Below, in pieces: positions 9,888 to 21,348 of a stretch of 64,000 nt of DNA. Location: NCBI GenBank assembly GCA_003218755.1, contig QHOK01000029.1, positions 3,180 to 67,179 of the forward strand, written 5' to 3'. The notes under the pieces are model-generated. The model worked only from the letters and a program-made list of their open reading frames with translations, ran no database searches and was not told where the DNA came from. Position 1 is the first letter of the stretch. Every line of letters begins with the position of its first letter. Both the position numbers and the translations under genes were made by a program. The stretch is from Verrucomicrobiota bacterium (GTDB lineage: Bacteria; Verrucomicrobiota; Verrucomicrobiia; Chthoniobacterales; UBA10450).

Positions 9888-12800
9888 ATGTCAGAACGCA
9901 TTTACTTCGGAAGCATCAAAGAAGGGGTCGAACCGCCAAATTTGATTGAGGTTCAGGCCAATTCGTACGTCGATTTCCTCCAAAAAGACGTCCCTTACGC
10001 AAAGCGGAAAAATCAGGGCCTCCAGGCAGTTTTCAAGGAGGTCTTCCCAATCGAAAGCTACGACGAGAAAGCGGTGCTCGATTTTAGTCACTATGACATT
10101 GGCGAGCCGAAATTGACCGCGCTGGAAGCACAGCGCGAAGGGCAGACCTACAGCGCGCCGCTGCACGTCACTTTCCAACTGCGAGAAGAAAAAGGCACGA
10201 AGGAAGAGAAGGTGTACATGGGCGAAATCCCGCTCATGACGCCTCAGGGCACTTTCGTCATTAATGGCGCGGAGCGCGTGGTCGTCAGCCAGCTGCACCG
10301 TTCCCCAGGAATCGCTTTCGAATCAACCGTTCACGTCAATGGCAAGGTGTTGTACAGTTTCCGGATCATTCCGGACCGGGGTTCGTGGATTGAGGTGCAA
10401 TTTGACACGGCTGACCTTCTTTACATCTATCTCGATCGACGCAAGCGACGTCGAAAATTTCTCGCGACCACGTTCCTGCGCGCGCTCGGTTACGGCTCCG
10501 ACGAAGAAGTCATCAAACTCTTTTACAATATCGAGACCCTAAAGCTGAGCGAGAAACTCGATGAAGAGAAACTAGCCACCAAAGTACTGACTGCGGAAAT
10601 CCGTGATGGTGAAGTGACAGTGGCGCGGGCGTTCGAACCACTCACGCTGGCGACCGTCCACCAGATCATGGCACTCAAGGTTCACGAGGTGAAAGTAATC
10701 GACATCTCGAATGATGACACAATCGTGAAGGCGCTTAGAAAAGACCCGGCGCACGATCAGGAAGAAGCGCTAAAGGATATCTATCGTCGTCTTCGTCCAG
10801 GAGATCCGCCGACTGTTGCGAACGCCCGCGCTTTGCTCAAAAGACTCTTTTTCGATCCCAAAAAATATGATCTTGGCCGCGTCGGCCGCTACAAAATTAA
10901 TCAGAAACTGGGAATCAACATCGATCCCACCGAGCGCATTTTGACCGACAAAGACTTTATCGCGGCGATCAAGTATTTGATCAATTTGCGGCGAGGCGAA
11001 GGCACGCTAGATGACATCGATCATCTGGGGAGTCGTCGTGTACGCACGGTGGGCGAATTGCTGGCGAACCAATGCCGCGTCGGTCTTGCCCGAACCGAGC
11101 GTCTGGTCAAAGAGCGCATGACTCTGTTCGACATCAATGTGGACGGCATGACGCCGCAGAAGCTGATTAATCCAAAGGCGCTCAGCGCGGTCGTCCGCGA
11201 TTTCTTTGGCCGTTCGCAGCTTTCGCAATTCATGGATCAAACAAATCCGCTCGCAGAATTGACGCATAAGCGACGCTTGTCGGCTCTCGGTCCTGGAGGT
11301 CTCAGTCGAGAGCGTGCCGGATTCGAGGTGCGCGATGTTCACCCTTCGCATTACGGACGCATTTGTCCGATCGAGACGCCGGAAGGTCCAAACATTGGGT
11401 TAATTAGCTCGATGAGCACGTTTGCACGTATCAACGAGTTTGGTTTCATCGAGACGCCGTATCGCAAGGTGGAAAAGGGCCGCGTAACGGACGAGGTCGA
11501 ATACCTAACCGCAGATCGCGAAGAGAATTTCCTCGTGGCGCAAGCCAATGCGCCGATTGACGGACGCGGACATTTCACCGGGGAAAAAGTCTCTGTGCGC
11601 TACCGTGGCGACTTTCTTGAAGTCGATCCCGCCAAAGTGAATTACATGGATGTGTCGCCGAAACAGCTGGTTTCGGTGGCGGCGGGCCTCATTCCGTTCC
11701 TTGAACACGACGATGCAAACCGGGCGCTGATGGGTTCCAACATGCAACGGCAGGGTGTGCCGCTGGTCGTTTCCGAGGCGCCTCTCGTAGGCACTGGGTT
11801 GGAGGAAAAAGTGGCACGAGATTCGCATGCCGTCGTTTTAGCCAGCGAGAGCGGCAAAGTCGCTTCGGTCACAGCGGATCAAATTGTTGTCACCAAGGAC
11901 GGTCACCTCCCCGAGAGCAAAAGAAAGCTTAAGACCGACCCGGAAGCAGGGATCCACGTTTACGAACTCCGCAAATTCATGCGCTCAAACGCCGGCACGT
12001 GCGTGAACCAGAAGCCGATCGTGCGCAAAAGCCAGCACGTGAAACGCGGCCAAGTCATCGCTGACGGCCCGAACACCGACCATGGCGAGCTTGCGCTGGG
12101 ACGCAATGTGCTCGTCGCGTTCATGCCTTGGAACGGATACAACTTCGAAGACGCCATCATGATCTCCGAAAAGGTGGTGAAGGAAGACGTTTACACTTCC
12201 ATCCACATTGACGAATTCGAGATCGGCGCGCGCGATACCAAGCTCGGACCGGAAGAAATTACGCGGGATATTCCCAACGTTAGCGAAGAAGCTTTGCGCA
12301 ACCTGGGCCCGGATGGCGTAGTGCGGGTCGGAGCAGAAGTGAAACCAGGCGACATCCTCGTTGGGAAAATTACCCCGAAGAGCGAGACAGAATTGGCGCC
12401 CGAGGAACGGCTGCTTCGCGCGATCTTTGGCGAGAAAGCAGCGGATGTGAAGGATACATCGCTTACCGTCCCCTCCGGGACCTACGGAATCGTGATGGAC
12501 GTAAAGGTCTCGTCCCGTCGCGAAGTCTCGCGCGAAAAACTCACGCCGGCGGAAACCAGACGACAGCTGAAAACCATCAGCGAAGAACATAAGCGCAAGA
12601 AAGAGGCGCTGATTGAACAATTGACCGATTCCCTATCGAACGTCCTGCTGGGCGAAAAAGTCCCTCTCGACGTCGTGAACGCCAAGAATGGTGAGATCAT
12701 AATTCCAGCCAATCGCAAAATCACCAAAACACTGTTGCGAAAGCTGGCGACAGCGCATGATCACATCGAGATCGATCCGAGCCCGATCCGCAACAGGATC

Positions 12801-13682
12801 CGCGAAATCATTGGCTCGTACGAGCACAAATTCGCGGAGCTGGAACTGGAACGGGATCGCGCGACAGACCGAGTAGAGAGTGGAGACGATATCGATCCGG
12901 GAATCATCAAGCAGGTTAAGGTTTATATCGCAAGCAAGCGAAAGCTAAGCGTGGGCGACAAAATGGCTGGGCGTCATGGCAACAAAGGCGTGGTCGCCAG
13001 GATTGTGCCTGAAGAAGACATGCCTTTCCTAGCAGATGGAACGCCGGTTGAAATTGTGCTTAATCCGTTGGGCGTTCCCAGCCGCATGAATGTGGGACAA
13101 GTCTTGGAAACACACCTGGGCGTCGCTGCGAAGGCACTCGGATTCAAAGTCGCGACTCCGGTCTTCGATGGAATCAAAGAAAAACAGATCCGCGAATATT
13201 TGCATGATGCCAGAAAGAAGAAGGGCTTCACCTGGGTACAGGAAACCGGTAAAGCGCGCCTGTTCGATGGACGCACGGGCGATCCGTTCGATCAGGAAGT
13301 GGTGGTTGGCTACATCTACATGATGAAACTCGGTCACCTCGTGGCGGACAAAATTCACGCCCGCGCTGTCGGACCGTATTCGCTTGTTACTCAGCAGCCG
13401 CTCGGCGGCAAAGCGCAGTATGGGGGCCAACGCTTTGGCGAAATGGAGGTCTGGGCTCTCGAAGCCTACGGGGCCGCCTACACTTTACAGGAACTGCTCA
13501 CGGTTAAGTCCGATGACGTGCAAGGCAGAACCCGCATCTACGAGTCGATCGTTAAAGGCGATAACTCGCTGGAAGCAGGGACACCTGAATCGTTCAACGT
13601 CCTGATCAAAGAAATGCAGAGCCTTGGGCTCGACGTAAAGGTTGGCGGACAGGCACCCAGCTTTCTGGAGAGCGTCGCATAA
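9888..13682 (+). CDS. rpoB: DNA-directed RNA polymerase subunit beta
   Basis: The sequence is unmistakably RpoB (for example [45 protein letters not shown]). I prefer ATG 9888 (MSERIYFG) over the TTG at 9873. Confidence 0.97.
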   Translation: MSERIYFGSIKEGVEPPNLIEVQANSYVDFLQKDVPYAKRKNQGLQAVFKEVFPIESYDEKAVLDFSHYDIGEPKLTALEAQREGQTYSAPLHVTFQLREEKGTKEEKVYMGEIPLMTPQGTFVINGAERVVVSQLHRSPGIAFESTVHVNGKVLYSFRIIPDRGSWIEVQFDTADLLYIYLDRRKRRRKFLATTFLRALGYGSDEEVIKLFYNIETLKLSEKLDEEKLATKVLTAEIRDGEVTVARAFEPLTLATVHQIMALKVHEVKVIDISNDDTIVKALRKDPAHDQEEALKDIYRRLRPGDPPTVANARALLKRLFFDPKKYDLGRVGRYKINQKLGINIDPTERILTDKDFIAAIKYLINLRRGEGTLDDIDHLGSRRVRTVGELLANQCRVGLARTERLVKERMTLFDINVDGMTPQKLINPKALSAVVRDFFGRSQLSQFMDQTNPLAELTHKRRLSALGPGGLSRERAGFEVRDVHPSHYGRICPIETPEGPNIGLISSMSTFARINEFGFIETPYRKVEKGRVTDEVEYLTADREENFLVAQANAPIDGRGHFTGEKVSVRYRGDFLEVDPAKVNYMDVSPKQLVSVAAGLIPFLEHDDANRALMGSNMQRQGVPLVVSEAPLVGTGLEEKVARDSHAVVLASESGKVASVTADQIVVTKDGHLPESKRKLKTDPEAGIHVYELRKFMRSNAGTCVNQKPIVRKSQHVKRGQVIADGPNTDHGELALGRNVLVAFMPWNGYNFEDAIMISEKVVKEDVYTSIHIDEFEIGARDTKLGPEEITRDIPNVSEEALRNLGPDGVVRVGAEVKPGDILVGKITPKSETELAPEERLLRAIFGEKAADVKDTSLTVPSGTYGIVMDVKVSSRREVSREKLTPAETRRQLKTISEEHKRKKEALIEQLTDSLSNVLLGEKVPLDVVNAKNGEIIIPANRKITKTLLRKLATAHDHIEIDPSPIRNRIREIIGSYEHKFAELELERDRATDRVESGDDIDPGIIKQVKVYIASKRKLSVGDKMAGRHGNKGVVARIVPEEDMPFLADGTPVEIVLNPLGVPSRMNVGQVLETHLGVAAKALGFKVATPVFDGIKEKQIREYLHDARKKKGFTWVQETGKARLFDGRTGDPFDQEVVVGYIYMMKLGHLVADKIHARAVGPYSLVTQQPLGGKAQYGGQRFGEMEVWALEAYGAAYTLQELLTVKSDDVQGRTRIYESIVKGDNSLEAGTPESFNVLIKEMQSLGLDVKVGGQAPSFLESVA

Positions 13683-13712
13683 TTCTTAGATTCACAATTA
13701 TTTTAGAAAATC

Positions 13713-16700
13713 ATGAACGAACATTCCTGGCGTGAGTTAGTGGGCGAAGAGCGTCCCGTGGGTTTTGATCAAGTCGCAATCGGTGTTGCTTCCAGCGACA
13801 CGATGCGCTCGTGGAGTAAAGGCGAAGTCAAAAATCCCGAGACGATCAATTACCGTACGTTTAAGCCGGAGAAGGGAGGCCTTTTCTGCGAACGCATTTT
13901 TGGTCCGACGCGGGATTGGGAATGCTCCTGTGGAAAATACAAGCGCATCAAACATAAGGGAGTGATCTGCGACCGTTGTGGCGTGGAAGTCACGTTGGCC
14001 CGTGTCCGTCGCGAACGTATGGGACACATCGAATTAGCGGTGCCCGTTTCGCACATCTGGTTTTACAAATGCATGCCGTCGCGCATTGGGCTCATGCTCG
14101 ATATGAGCGCGCGCCAGCTTGAGCGCGTTATCTATTACGAGGATTACATCGTCATCGATCCCGGAAAGACGCCGCTGCAGAAAACACAACTTCTCAATGA
14201 AGTCGAATACCGCGAGGCGCAGGAGCAGTATGGCGAAGATTTCGTTGCCGGTATGGGCGCGGAAGGAATCAGGAAACTTCTCGTCGAGATCGATCTCAAC
14301 AAGCTCAACAAAGAGCTCGAGAAAGCCATGGGCGCCACCAAGAGCAAGCAAATTCGCAAAAAACTGGCGAAACGCCTCAAGCTCATTCAAGGCTTCCAGA
14401 ATTCGCACGCGCGCCCTGAGTGGATGATTCTCGATGTATTGCCGGTTATTCCCCCGGATTTACGTCCCCTGGTTCCGCTCGAAGGGGGGCGGTTTGCGAC
14501 CTCGGACCTAAACGATCTTTATCGCCGCGTTATTAATCGCAACAACCGGCTCAAAAACCTGCTCCTGCTCAAAACACCGGATGTCATCATTCGCAACGAA
14601 AAGCGAATGTTGCAGGAAGCTGTGGACGCTTTGTTCGACAATGGCAGGCATGGTCGCGCTGTGACCGGCGCGGGTAATCGGCCTCTCAAGTCTCTGAGCG
14701 ACATGCTCAAGGGCAAGGGCGGCCGTTTCCGCCAAAACCTGCTGGGGAAACGTGTCGATTACTCGGGTCGCTCCGTTATTGTCATCGGCCCCGAACTGAA
14801 GCTGCATCAATGCGGCCTGCCGAAGAAGATGGCGCTCGTGCTTTTCGAGCCGTTCATCATCCGCCGGCTGAAAGACCTCGGCTACGTGCACACAGTGCGC
14901 AGCGCAAAAAAGATGATCGAACGTCAGACGCCCGAGGTGTGGGACATTCTCGACGAAGTGACCAAGGGCCATCCAGTGTTGCTCAACCGCGCTCCCACGT
15001 TGCATCGATTGTCAATTCAGGCTTTTGAACCGCAATTGATCGAGGGCGAAGCCATTCGCATCCATCCGCTGGTTTGCACGGCGTACAACGCAGACTTCGA
15101 CGGAGACCAAATGGCGGTGCACGTGCCGCTCTCAGTCGAGGCGCAAATGGAAGCGCGTATGCTTATGCTCGCTCCCAATAACATTTTCTCTCCGTCCAGC
15201 GGCAAGCCCATTACCACGCCTTCTCAGGACATCACGCTCGGCTGTTATTACCTCACCCAAAATCCGCGCGGTGCAGGCAAGGATGGCCAGCGGTTCCCGC
15301 TGTTTGTGGATGCGGCAGAAGTAGAATTTGCCATGGCAGAAGGAAGCATTCGCACACACGACCGCATCCGGATCAAGAATCCTGATTTCGGCAGGCAGAC
15401 GATCTACGGAAATGCTGAGGCCAAAACTATCGAAACCACAGCAGGCCGCGTCATTTTCAATGAGATTTGGCCTGGGGAGCTTGGATTTTTCAACAAACCT
15501 GCCGGCAAGAAACAGCTCAGCGACATTATCTGGCGCTGTTACCAAATCGCTGGTCCAGCGGAGACGGTGGCCACATTGGACAAACTGAAGGAGCTCGGTT
15601 TCACCGAAGCAACCAAAGCCGGCATTTCGATTGGAATTTCGGACATGATCATTCCGAAAGAGAAACAGACCGAGTTGGAAAACGCCTACAAGCAGATTCG
15701 CCAGGTTGAGCAGCAATATCGCAAGGGCATCATCACCGACGGCGAGCGCTACAACAAGATCATCGATATTTGGACGCATGCCGGGGACGAAATTTCCAGC
15801 GTGATGTTCCGCACCCTGGAGCACAACGAAGGTCGCAAGGAGTTGAATCCAGTCTATTTGATGGTCGATTCGGGCGCGCGCGGAAATCGCCAGCAAGTGC
15901 GTCAGCTCGCCGGCATGCGTGGCTTAATGGCCAAACCTTCAGGCGAAATCATCGAGCGCCCGATCACGTCGAACTTCCGCGAGGGACTCAGCGTGCTCGA
16001 GTATTTTATTTCTACTCACGGCGCTCGCAAAGGTCTTGCCGACACAGCGCTCAAGACTGCCGACTCCGGTTATCTGACGCGCAAACTGGTGGACGCGGCG
16101 CAGGACGTGATCATCAATGAAGACGACTGCGGTACGGTAAACGGTATCGTGGTGCGCTCGATTTACGAAGGCGACGAAGAAGTAGTCGATCTTGGCCAGC
16201 GCATTGTCGGACGCGTAAGCTGCGAGACGATCGCTGACCCGGTGGACAAGAAGAAAAAAGTCGTCAAAGCGAATCAGTTGATCGATGAAAAGATCGCCGC
16301 AGAACTTCAACGGGTGGGCGTGGAGAGCTTGAAGATTCGTTCGGTTCTTACCTGCGAGTGCGGCCGCGGGGTTTGTGCGATGTGCTATGGACGCAATCTC
16401 GCTACGGGCCAGTTCGTTAAACTTGGCGAAGCAGTAGGCATTATTGCCGCCCAATCAATCGGCGAGCCTGGGACACAGTTGACGATGCGCACATTCCACA
16501 TCGGCGGCACGGCTAGCCAAACTTTCAAGCAGCCAATCATCAAAGCCGACAATGACGGCACGGTACGATTTAACGAATTGCGAACGGTGCAGGCACTCGA
16601 TGGCAGCTGGATCGTTTTGAACAAGAACGGCTCGATCAGCGTGCACAACGCCGAAGGCCGCGAACTCGAGCGCCACAACGTAGTCATCGGCTCGATGATT

Positions 16701-17891
16701 TCGGTTCCGAATGGAGCGCATGTGAAGGGGCCAAAAAAAGACACACATGGCAAGATCGTTCGGGACAAAAACAACAAGCCTGAAGTGGAAGGTCAGGTTC
16801 TTGTGCAATGGGATCCGTACAACATCCCGATTCTCACAGACAAAGGCGGAAAAATCGAATTTCGCGATATGATCGCTGGTGTCACGATCAAACGCGACGT
16901 CGATGAAGCGACCGGCCTGCTGGGTACTGTAATCATCGAGCACAAGGAAGATTTGCACCCGCAGATCGTCATTGTGGATGACAAGAAGGAAGTGCTCGCG
17001 AGTTATTCCATCCCGGCTGGCGCTCACGTCATCGTTGAGGAAGGCCAGAAAGTGCGCGCTGGTGCGCTACTGGCAAAGACGCCCCGCAAAGTCGCAAAGA
17101 CAAAGGATATCACTGGAGGTTTGCCCCGGGTGGCCGAATTATTCGAAGCCCGTCGGCCGAAGGACGCGGCTGAGATTGCCAAGATCGATGGGATCGTCGA
17201 GATGGGCGGAACTGTCCGCGGGAAACGACGCCTGATTTTAAAAGACCCGGAGACTGGAACCGAGGAAGAGCATCTGATCCCGCTGACCAAGCACATCATC
17301 GTGTTCAAAGGGGATTTCGTGAAGAAGGGTCAGCAACTCACCGAGGGCCCAATCGTGCCGCACGAGATTTTGGAAGTCTGCGGTCCGCAGGAATTGCAGG
17401 AGCATCTGGTTAACGAAGTGCAGGAGGTCTATCGTTTGCAGGGCGTGGAGATCAACGACAAGCACATCGAAATCATCGTGCGCCAGATGTTGCGCAAGGT
17501 GAAGATTACCGATCCGGGCGATACGTCATTGCTCTGGGGCGATCAGGTGGACAAGCTCGATTTCGAGGAAGAAAACAAGAAGGTCGTTGAGAAGGGCGGC
17601 AAACCGGCGGAGGCCGTGCCTGTGCTTCTCGGCATCACTAAAGCTTCGCTTGAGACGGACAGCTTTATTTCTGCTGCCTCGTTCCAGGATACAACCCGTG
17701 TTCTCACGGAAGCGGCCACGCTCGGCAAAGTCGATAAGCTGCGCGGGTTCAAGGAAAACGTCATCATGGGTCACTTAATCCCTGCTGGGACTGGTTTCCC
17801 CGAGCATCGCCAGATCAAACTCGTCGAGAAAGGCGAGCCGATTGGCGCGCCTGTGATGGAAGAACCAGAGCCGCAGCCGGCGATCGGATAA
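13713..17891 (+). CDS. rpoC: DNA-directed RNA polymerase subunit beta'
   Basis: 1392 aa with the zinc motif [23 protein letters not shown] and the catalytic motif [12 protein letters not shown]. Confidence 0.97.
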   Translation: MNEHSWRELVGEERPVGFDQVAIGVASSDTMRSWSKGEVKNPETINYRTFKPEKGGLFCERIFGPTRDWECSCGKYKRIKHKGVICDRCGVEVTLARVRRERMGHIELAVPVSHIWFYKCMPSRIGLMLDMSARQLERVIYYEDYIVIDPGKTPLQKTQLLNEVEYREAQEQYGEDFVAGMGAEGIRKLLVEIDLNKLNKELEKAMGATKSKQIRKKLAKRLKLIQGFQNSHARPEWMILDVLPVIPPDLRPLVPLEGGRFATSDLNDLYRRVINRNNRLKNLLLLKTPDVIIRNEKRMLQEAVDALFDNGRHGRAVTGAGNRPLKSLSDMLKGKGGRFRQNLLGKRVDYSGRSVIVIGPELKLHQCGLPKKMALVLFEPFIIRRLKDLGYVHTVRSAKKMIERQTPEVWDILDEVTKGHPVLLNRAPTLHRLSIQAFEPQLIEGEAIRIHPLVCTAYNADFDGDQMAVHVPLSVEAQMEARMLMLAPNNIFSPSSGKPITTPSQDITLGCYYLTQNPRGAGKDGQRFPLFVDAAEVEFAMAEGSIRTHDRIRIKNPDFGRQTIYGNAEAKTIETTAGRVIFNEIWPGELGFFNKPAGKKQLSDIIWRCYQIAGPAETVATLDKLKELGFTEATKAGISIGISDMIIPKEKQTELENAYKQIRQVEQQYRKGIITDGERYNKIIDIWTHAGDEISSVMFRTLEHNEGRKELNPVYLMVDSGARGNRQQVRQLAGMRGLMAKPSGEIIERPITSNFREGLSVLEYFISTHGARKGLADTALKTADSGYLTRKLVDAAQDVIINEDDCGTVNGIVVRSIYEGDEEVVDLGQRIVGRVSCETIADPVDKKKKVVKANQLIDEKIAAELQRVGVESLKIRSVLTCECGRGVCAMCYGRNLATGQFVKLGEAVGIIAAQSIGEPGTQLTMRTFHIGGTASQTFKQPIIKADNDGTVRFNELRTVQALDGSWIVLNKNGSISVHNAEGRELERHNVVIGSMISVPNGAHVKGPKKDTHGKIVRDKNNKPEVEGQVLVQWDPYNIPILTDKGGKIEFRDMIAGVTIKRDVDEATGLLGTVIIEHKEDLHPQIVIVDDKKEVLASYSIPAGAHVIVEEGQKVRAGALLAKTPRKVAKTKDITGGLPRVAELFEARRPKDAAEIAKIDGIVEMGGTVRGKRRLILKDPETGTEEEHLIPLTKHIIVFKGDFVKKGQQLTEGPIVPHEILEVCGPQELQEHLVNEVQEVYRLQGVEINDKHIEIIVRQMLRKVKITDPGDTSLLWGDQVDKLDFEEENKKVVEKGGKPAEAVPVLLGITKASLETDSFISAASFQDTTRVLTEAATLGKVDKLRGFKENVIMGHLIPAGTGFPEHRQIKLVEKGEPIGAPVMEEPEPQPAIG

Positions 17892-17920
17892 TACCCCGTC
17901 GGGTAGGGCGTCTGGGTCAG

Positions 17921-17938
17921 CTCCGAAAGCTTTCGGAG
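17921..17938 (+). terminator. hairpin after rpoC
   Basis: Perfect palindrome ctccgaaagctttcggag, 30 nt after the rpoC stop. The T-tract is weak (tt). Confidence 0.35.
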
Positions 17939-17965
17939 TTCACGGAAACGCCTACAATTTGGCCG

Positions 17966-18511
17966 ATGTCGATCGTAACCAAAACAGGCGACAAAGGTGA
18001 AACGTCGCTGATGTACGGGCGGCGCGTGTCGAAAGCCGATCCGCGTGTTGACGCTTATGGCTGTATCGATGAGCTGACCGCCGCGCTTGGTCTCGCCCGA
18101 TCCTTTTCGACACACAAATTCCTTTCGGACGAAATCTCCGCCGCGCAAAAAGACTTGGTCGTCGTGATGGGTGAGCTGGCGACGACGCCCGGCGACCGAG
18201 AACGTTACGTTAACGATGGCTTTCATGTTACGACAGCAGGGATGGTGGACCGGATTACAGCAGTCATTTTAGAACTTGAGAAAGACAAATCGCTTTATCC
18301 GAAACACTGGGTGATTCCTGGTGGAACTACGCTTTCTGCGGCTCTCGATTTTGCACGTACAACATGCCGCCGCGCGGAGCGGCACATCGCGACGTTCGGT
18401 GCCGGAGAAAAGAATTTTAATCCAGAGATTTTGCGTTACCTAAACCGTCTTTCTGATCTCTGTTGGATTTTGGCGAGATACGCGGAGAAGCAATCGCGAA
18501 CCTCCAGCTAG
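17966..18511 (+). CDS. PduO-type ATP:cob(I)alamin adenosyltransferase
   Basis: The N-terminus MSIVTKTGDKGETSLMYGRRVSKADPRVDAYGCIDELTAALG is the PduO/MMAB signature. It ends in TAG. Confidence 0.85.
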   Translation: MSIVTKTGDKGETSLMYGRRVSKADPRVDAYGCIDELTAALGLARSFSTHKFLSDEISAAQKDLVVVMGELATTPGDRERYVNDGFHVTTAGMVDRITAVILELEKDKSLYPKHWVIPGGTTLSAALDFARTTCRRAERHIATFGAGEKNFNPEILRYLNRLSDLCWILARYAEKQSRTSS

Positions 18512-18616
18512 CGCCGCGCTACTCTGACGTGCTTCGCGGTTGCGCTGCAATTCAGCGCCAAGAATTAGCAACCGTCCAGCAGCAGGTTCTCTTGCACGAT
18601 GTTATGCATCGTCGCG

Positions 18617-19520
18617 ATGAAATTCAGATCAGTTTTTGCGGCTGTACTTTTGCTTTGCCCTTACACTCGACAATCACACGGAGCGGTCTTCGCATGGACT
18701 TAGACAACTGACGTTGCGTCGAAAGGTGAGGTTGAATTCGAGCAATGGGTCACCGCACGCTGGGAAAGAGAGCATGGTAACTACAGCGTCATCGATTTCC
18801 GAGGAGTTCGATTACGGCGTGATCGATAATTTTCAAATCGCGCTCTATCTTAACCATCACTATGTCTATGTGCACAGCGATGTACCAGCTGAAGATCCGG
18901 CGTTTCCCGGAAAACGTTTGCTCGATGTTTACGAGACCGGCGGCGAGGGCGTACATCCTGGACACAATCCAGCAACGCCGTTCGACAGGTATCATTTTGA
19001 ATCGGTCTCGTTCGAAGCGATTTTTCGCCTGCTGAGTCCGTACAAAGATCCGCTTGGTCTCGCGCTGTATTTTGAGCTAACGCTCGGGGATGACGAGAAG
19101 GAACTGGAATGGAAAGTTATACTCCAAAAGAATTGGTTCGAGCACCGGCTCGTTTGGGCGCTGAAGTCAATTATGAATTAGAGTTCGAAAAATCGGACGA
19201 CGGTTACGAGCGCGACGGCATCTTCGAATGGTTCACCGGAATTTCCTACCGGTTCGGACGCAATTGGTCAGCCGGATTCGAATTTTGGAAGCATCATGAA
19301 TTTGCCGATGCGACTGTGCATGAGCACTTGGCATATTTTGTCGGACCTCGGATCCATATGGAGACGAGCGCTGGTGGGCCACGCTCGGCTTCCTCTACCA
19401 GTTGCTGATCGGCCAAGCTTTCAGCTACGAAAATAAGGAGTTCGCCGCGTACGACGGTTATATTTTCGGTGACGAGCACGAAAAAGTTTATTGCGGCTGA
19501 GAGTGGGACTGGAGTTTTAG
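18617..19520 (+). pseudogene. disrupted outer-membrane beta-barrel-like gene (1 in-frame TAG + about 4 frameshifts)
   Basis: ATG 18617 gives the signal peptide MKFRSVFAAVLLLCPYTRQSHG, followed by an in-frame TAG at 18701-18703. Coherent protein sequence continues across frames 2->0->2->1->0. The segments are GEVEFEQWVTARWEREHGNYSVIDF / EEFDYGVIDNFQIALYLNH...ELEWKVILQKNWFEHRLVWA / VNYELEFEKSDDGYERDGIFEWFTGISYRFGRNWSAGFEFWKHH...AYFVGP / GDERWWATLGFLYQLL...FGDEHEK / SLLRLRVGLEF-stop. The last segment is a classic barrel C-terminus ending in F. Track ORFs 18636..19181 and 19109..19408 are two of the fragments. Confidence 0.6.
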
Positions 19521-19833
19521 CGCACGATGAAGCCCCGAATTAGCCTTGATAGCATTTCAACGCTCGTTGCGCCATTCGCGTTTGCCGTTCAGGGCCTCCT
19601 GCTTATCCCCGATTTTGGTTGCGAGCAAAACAGGCCCCGCGGTGCCGCCGCCGAGAAGAACCCGTTTCACGTTTTGCGTTGGTGAACACCAACGTCTGGA
19701 ATCCGTTGTCATCCGTCTTAACCGATGTCCGGACTCAGCGAAAATAGAACCGAATTTCAGGTTGCGCGTCGGTGCGTGCTGTAGCATCTTCAGCCTCCCG
19801 CTCTGGAAGTTCCCCCTTCGCGGAATTTCTCTT

Positions 19834-20565
19834 ATGGCAGATACGACAGAATTAGTACCTGAACTGTTGGAAGCTGGCGTCCATTTTGGACACCAGACCA
19901 AGCGTTGGAATCCAAAGATGAAGCCTTTCATCTTTGAACAGCGTAATCAGATTTACATTATCAATTTGGACGAGACTGTGCTCCAGCTTCGGCGAGCCAC
20001 GGAGTTTCTCCAGGAGGTCACGCGCCGCGGAGCCAAAATTTTGTTCGTCGGGTGCAAGAAACAAGCACAAGAAGCGGTAAAGGAGGCGGCACTGGCTTGC
20101 GGTCAGTTTTACGTTAATCAACGGTGGCTTGGCGGCACGTTGACTAATCTCGCTACCATCCGCAAGAGCATTGGGCGACTGAAATACATTGAAGAGATCG
20201 AGCAGTCGCCCGAATACAAGAAAATGGGAAAACAGGAATTGTCGGCACTTAATCGCGAGGCCGCGAAGCTCCGGCGCAATCTCGAGGGGATAATTGAGAT
20301 GTCGCAGTTACCCGACGCGCTGGTGGTGATCGACACGATTCGCGAGCAAAACGCCGTGAATGAGGCGCGGCGCCTCGGCATCCCAGTGGTCGCCATTGTG
20401 GACACCAACGCGGACCCGGAGATTATTGATTACCCAATTGCTGGCAATGACGATGCGATTCGCGCTATCCGCGTGATTTTGCAAAAGCTTGTGGATGCCA
20501 TTGTTTCGGCAAGCAACGAAGCGCGTATCCGCGAGCAAGTGGAAATGGCCGGCGTCTCGGCCTGA
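19834..20565 (+). CDS. rpsB: 30S ribosomal protein S2
   Basis: From ATG 19834 the sequence reads MADTTELVPELLEAGVHFGHQTKRWNPKMKPFIFEQRNQIYIINL. The upstream 96 codons of the track ORF have no S2 similarity. Confidence 0.95.
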   Translation: MADTTELVPELLEAGVHFGHQTKRWNPKMKPFIFEQRNQIYIINLDETVLQLRRATEFLQEVTRRGAKILFVGCKKQAQEAVKEAALACGQFYVNQRWLGGTLTNLATIRKSIGRLKYIEEIEQSPEYKKMGKQELSALNREAAKLRRNLEGIIEMSQLPDALVVIDTIREQNAVNEARRLGIPVVAIVDTNADPEIIDYPIAGNDDAIRAIRVILQKLVDAIVSASNEARIREQVEMAGVSA

Positions 20566-20615
20566 CCTTTGCGTTGCATCAGTGCAACGGTTTAAGACTA
20601 ACGATTTAAAACTTG

Positions 20616-21233
20616 ATGAACACAACGACTGAAATTGATCCTCAGCTGGTGAAGCAACTCCGCGAAAAAACCAATGCGGGCTTTATGGATTGCAAGCGAG
20701 CTCTGGTCGAGAGCGGCGGTGATCTGGCGAAAGCGGAGGCGATTTTGCGGACCAAAGGCATTGCCACCGCTGGCGAGAAGGCCTCACGCGCAACGAAGGA
20801 GGGGATTGTGGCTTCCTATATTCACCTGCAAGGCAAGGTCGGCGTACTTGTAGAGGTGAACTGCGAGACCGATTTTGTGGCGCGGAACGAGAATTTCCGC
20901 GAGTTCGTGAAAGATATCACACTGCATATTGCTGCAGCGCATCCGCTTTACGTCAGCCGCGGCGACGTTCCGGGTAATCTGATCGAAGCCGAGCGCGAGA
21001 TTTACAAAGCGCAGGTAAAGGGTAAGCCCGATGCCGTTGCGGAGAAGATTATCGAAGGAAAACTCGAGAAATTCTACAGCACCGTTTGCTTGCTTGAACA
21101 AGCCTTTATCAAAAATCCCGACGTGACCATCAAAGATTTGCTCAGTGCCAAGATTGCCGAACTGGGCGAGAACATCGTGATCCGGCGCTTCGTCCGCTAT
21201 CTCGTTGGTGAGCCGCTGCCGAGCGAAGCGTAG
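20616..21233 (+). CDS. tsf: elongation factor Ts (short form, about 205 aa)
   Basis: The N-terminal UBA-like sequence LVKQLREKTNAGFMDCKRALVESGGDLAKAEAILRTKG is typical of EF-Ts, as is VEVNCETDFVARNE. The gene follows rpsB. Confidence 0.93.
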   Translation: MNTTTEIDPQLVKQLREKTNAGFMDCKRALVESGGDLAKAEAILRTKGIATAGEKASRATKEGIVASYIHLQGKVGVLVEVNCETDFVARNENFREFVKDITLHIAAAHPLYVSRGDVPGNLIEAEREIYKAQVKGKPDAVAEKIIEGKLEKFYSTVCLLEQAFIKNPDVTIKDLLSAKIAELGENIVIRRFVRYLVGEPLPSEA

Positions 21234-21237
21234 GTGG

Positions 21238-21259
21238 AACGCGTTGTCTTCAACGCGTT
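21238..21259 (+). terminator. hairpin after tsf
   Basis: 9-bp stem aacgcgttg / caacgcgtt with loop tctt, 5 nt after the tsf stop. There is no strong T-tract. Confidence 0.35.
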
Positions 21260-21348
21260 GTTCCAAAGGACAAGATCAAAAATAGGCGCTCGCCGCTGCC
21301 TCTACAACTTCGCGTGCAGGAAGGCAATCCGTGGTTAATTTTGGCGGA

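Noticed and set aside
14508-17027. Several 130-250-aa minus-strand ORFs inside rpoC (for example 15132..15896 and 16455..17027)
   Set aside because: They are antisense shadows of a highly conserved gene, and I recognise no motifs in them.
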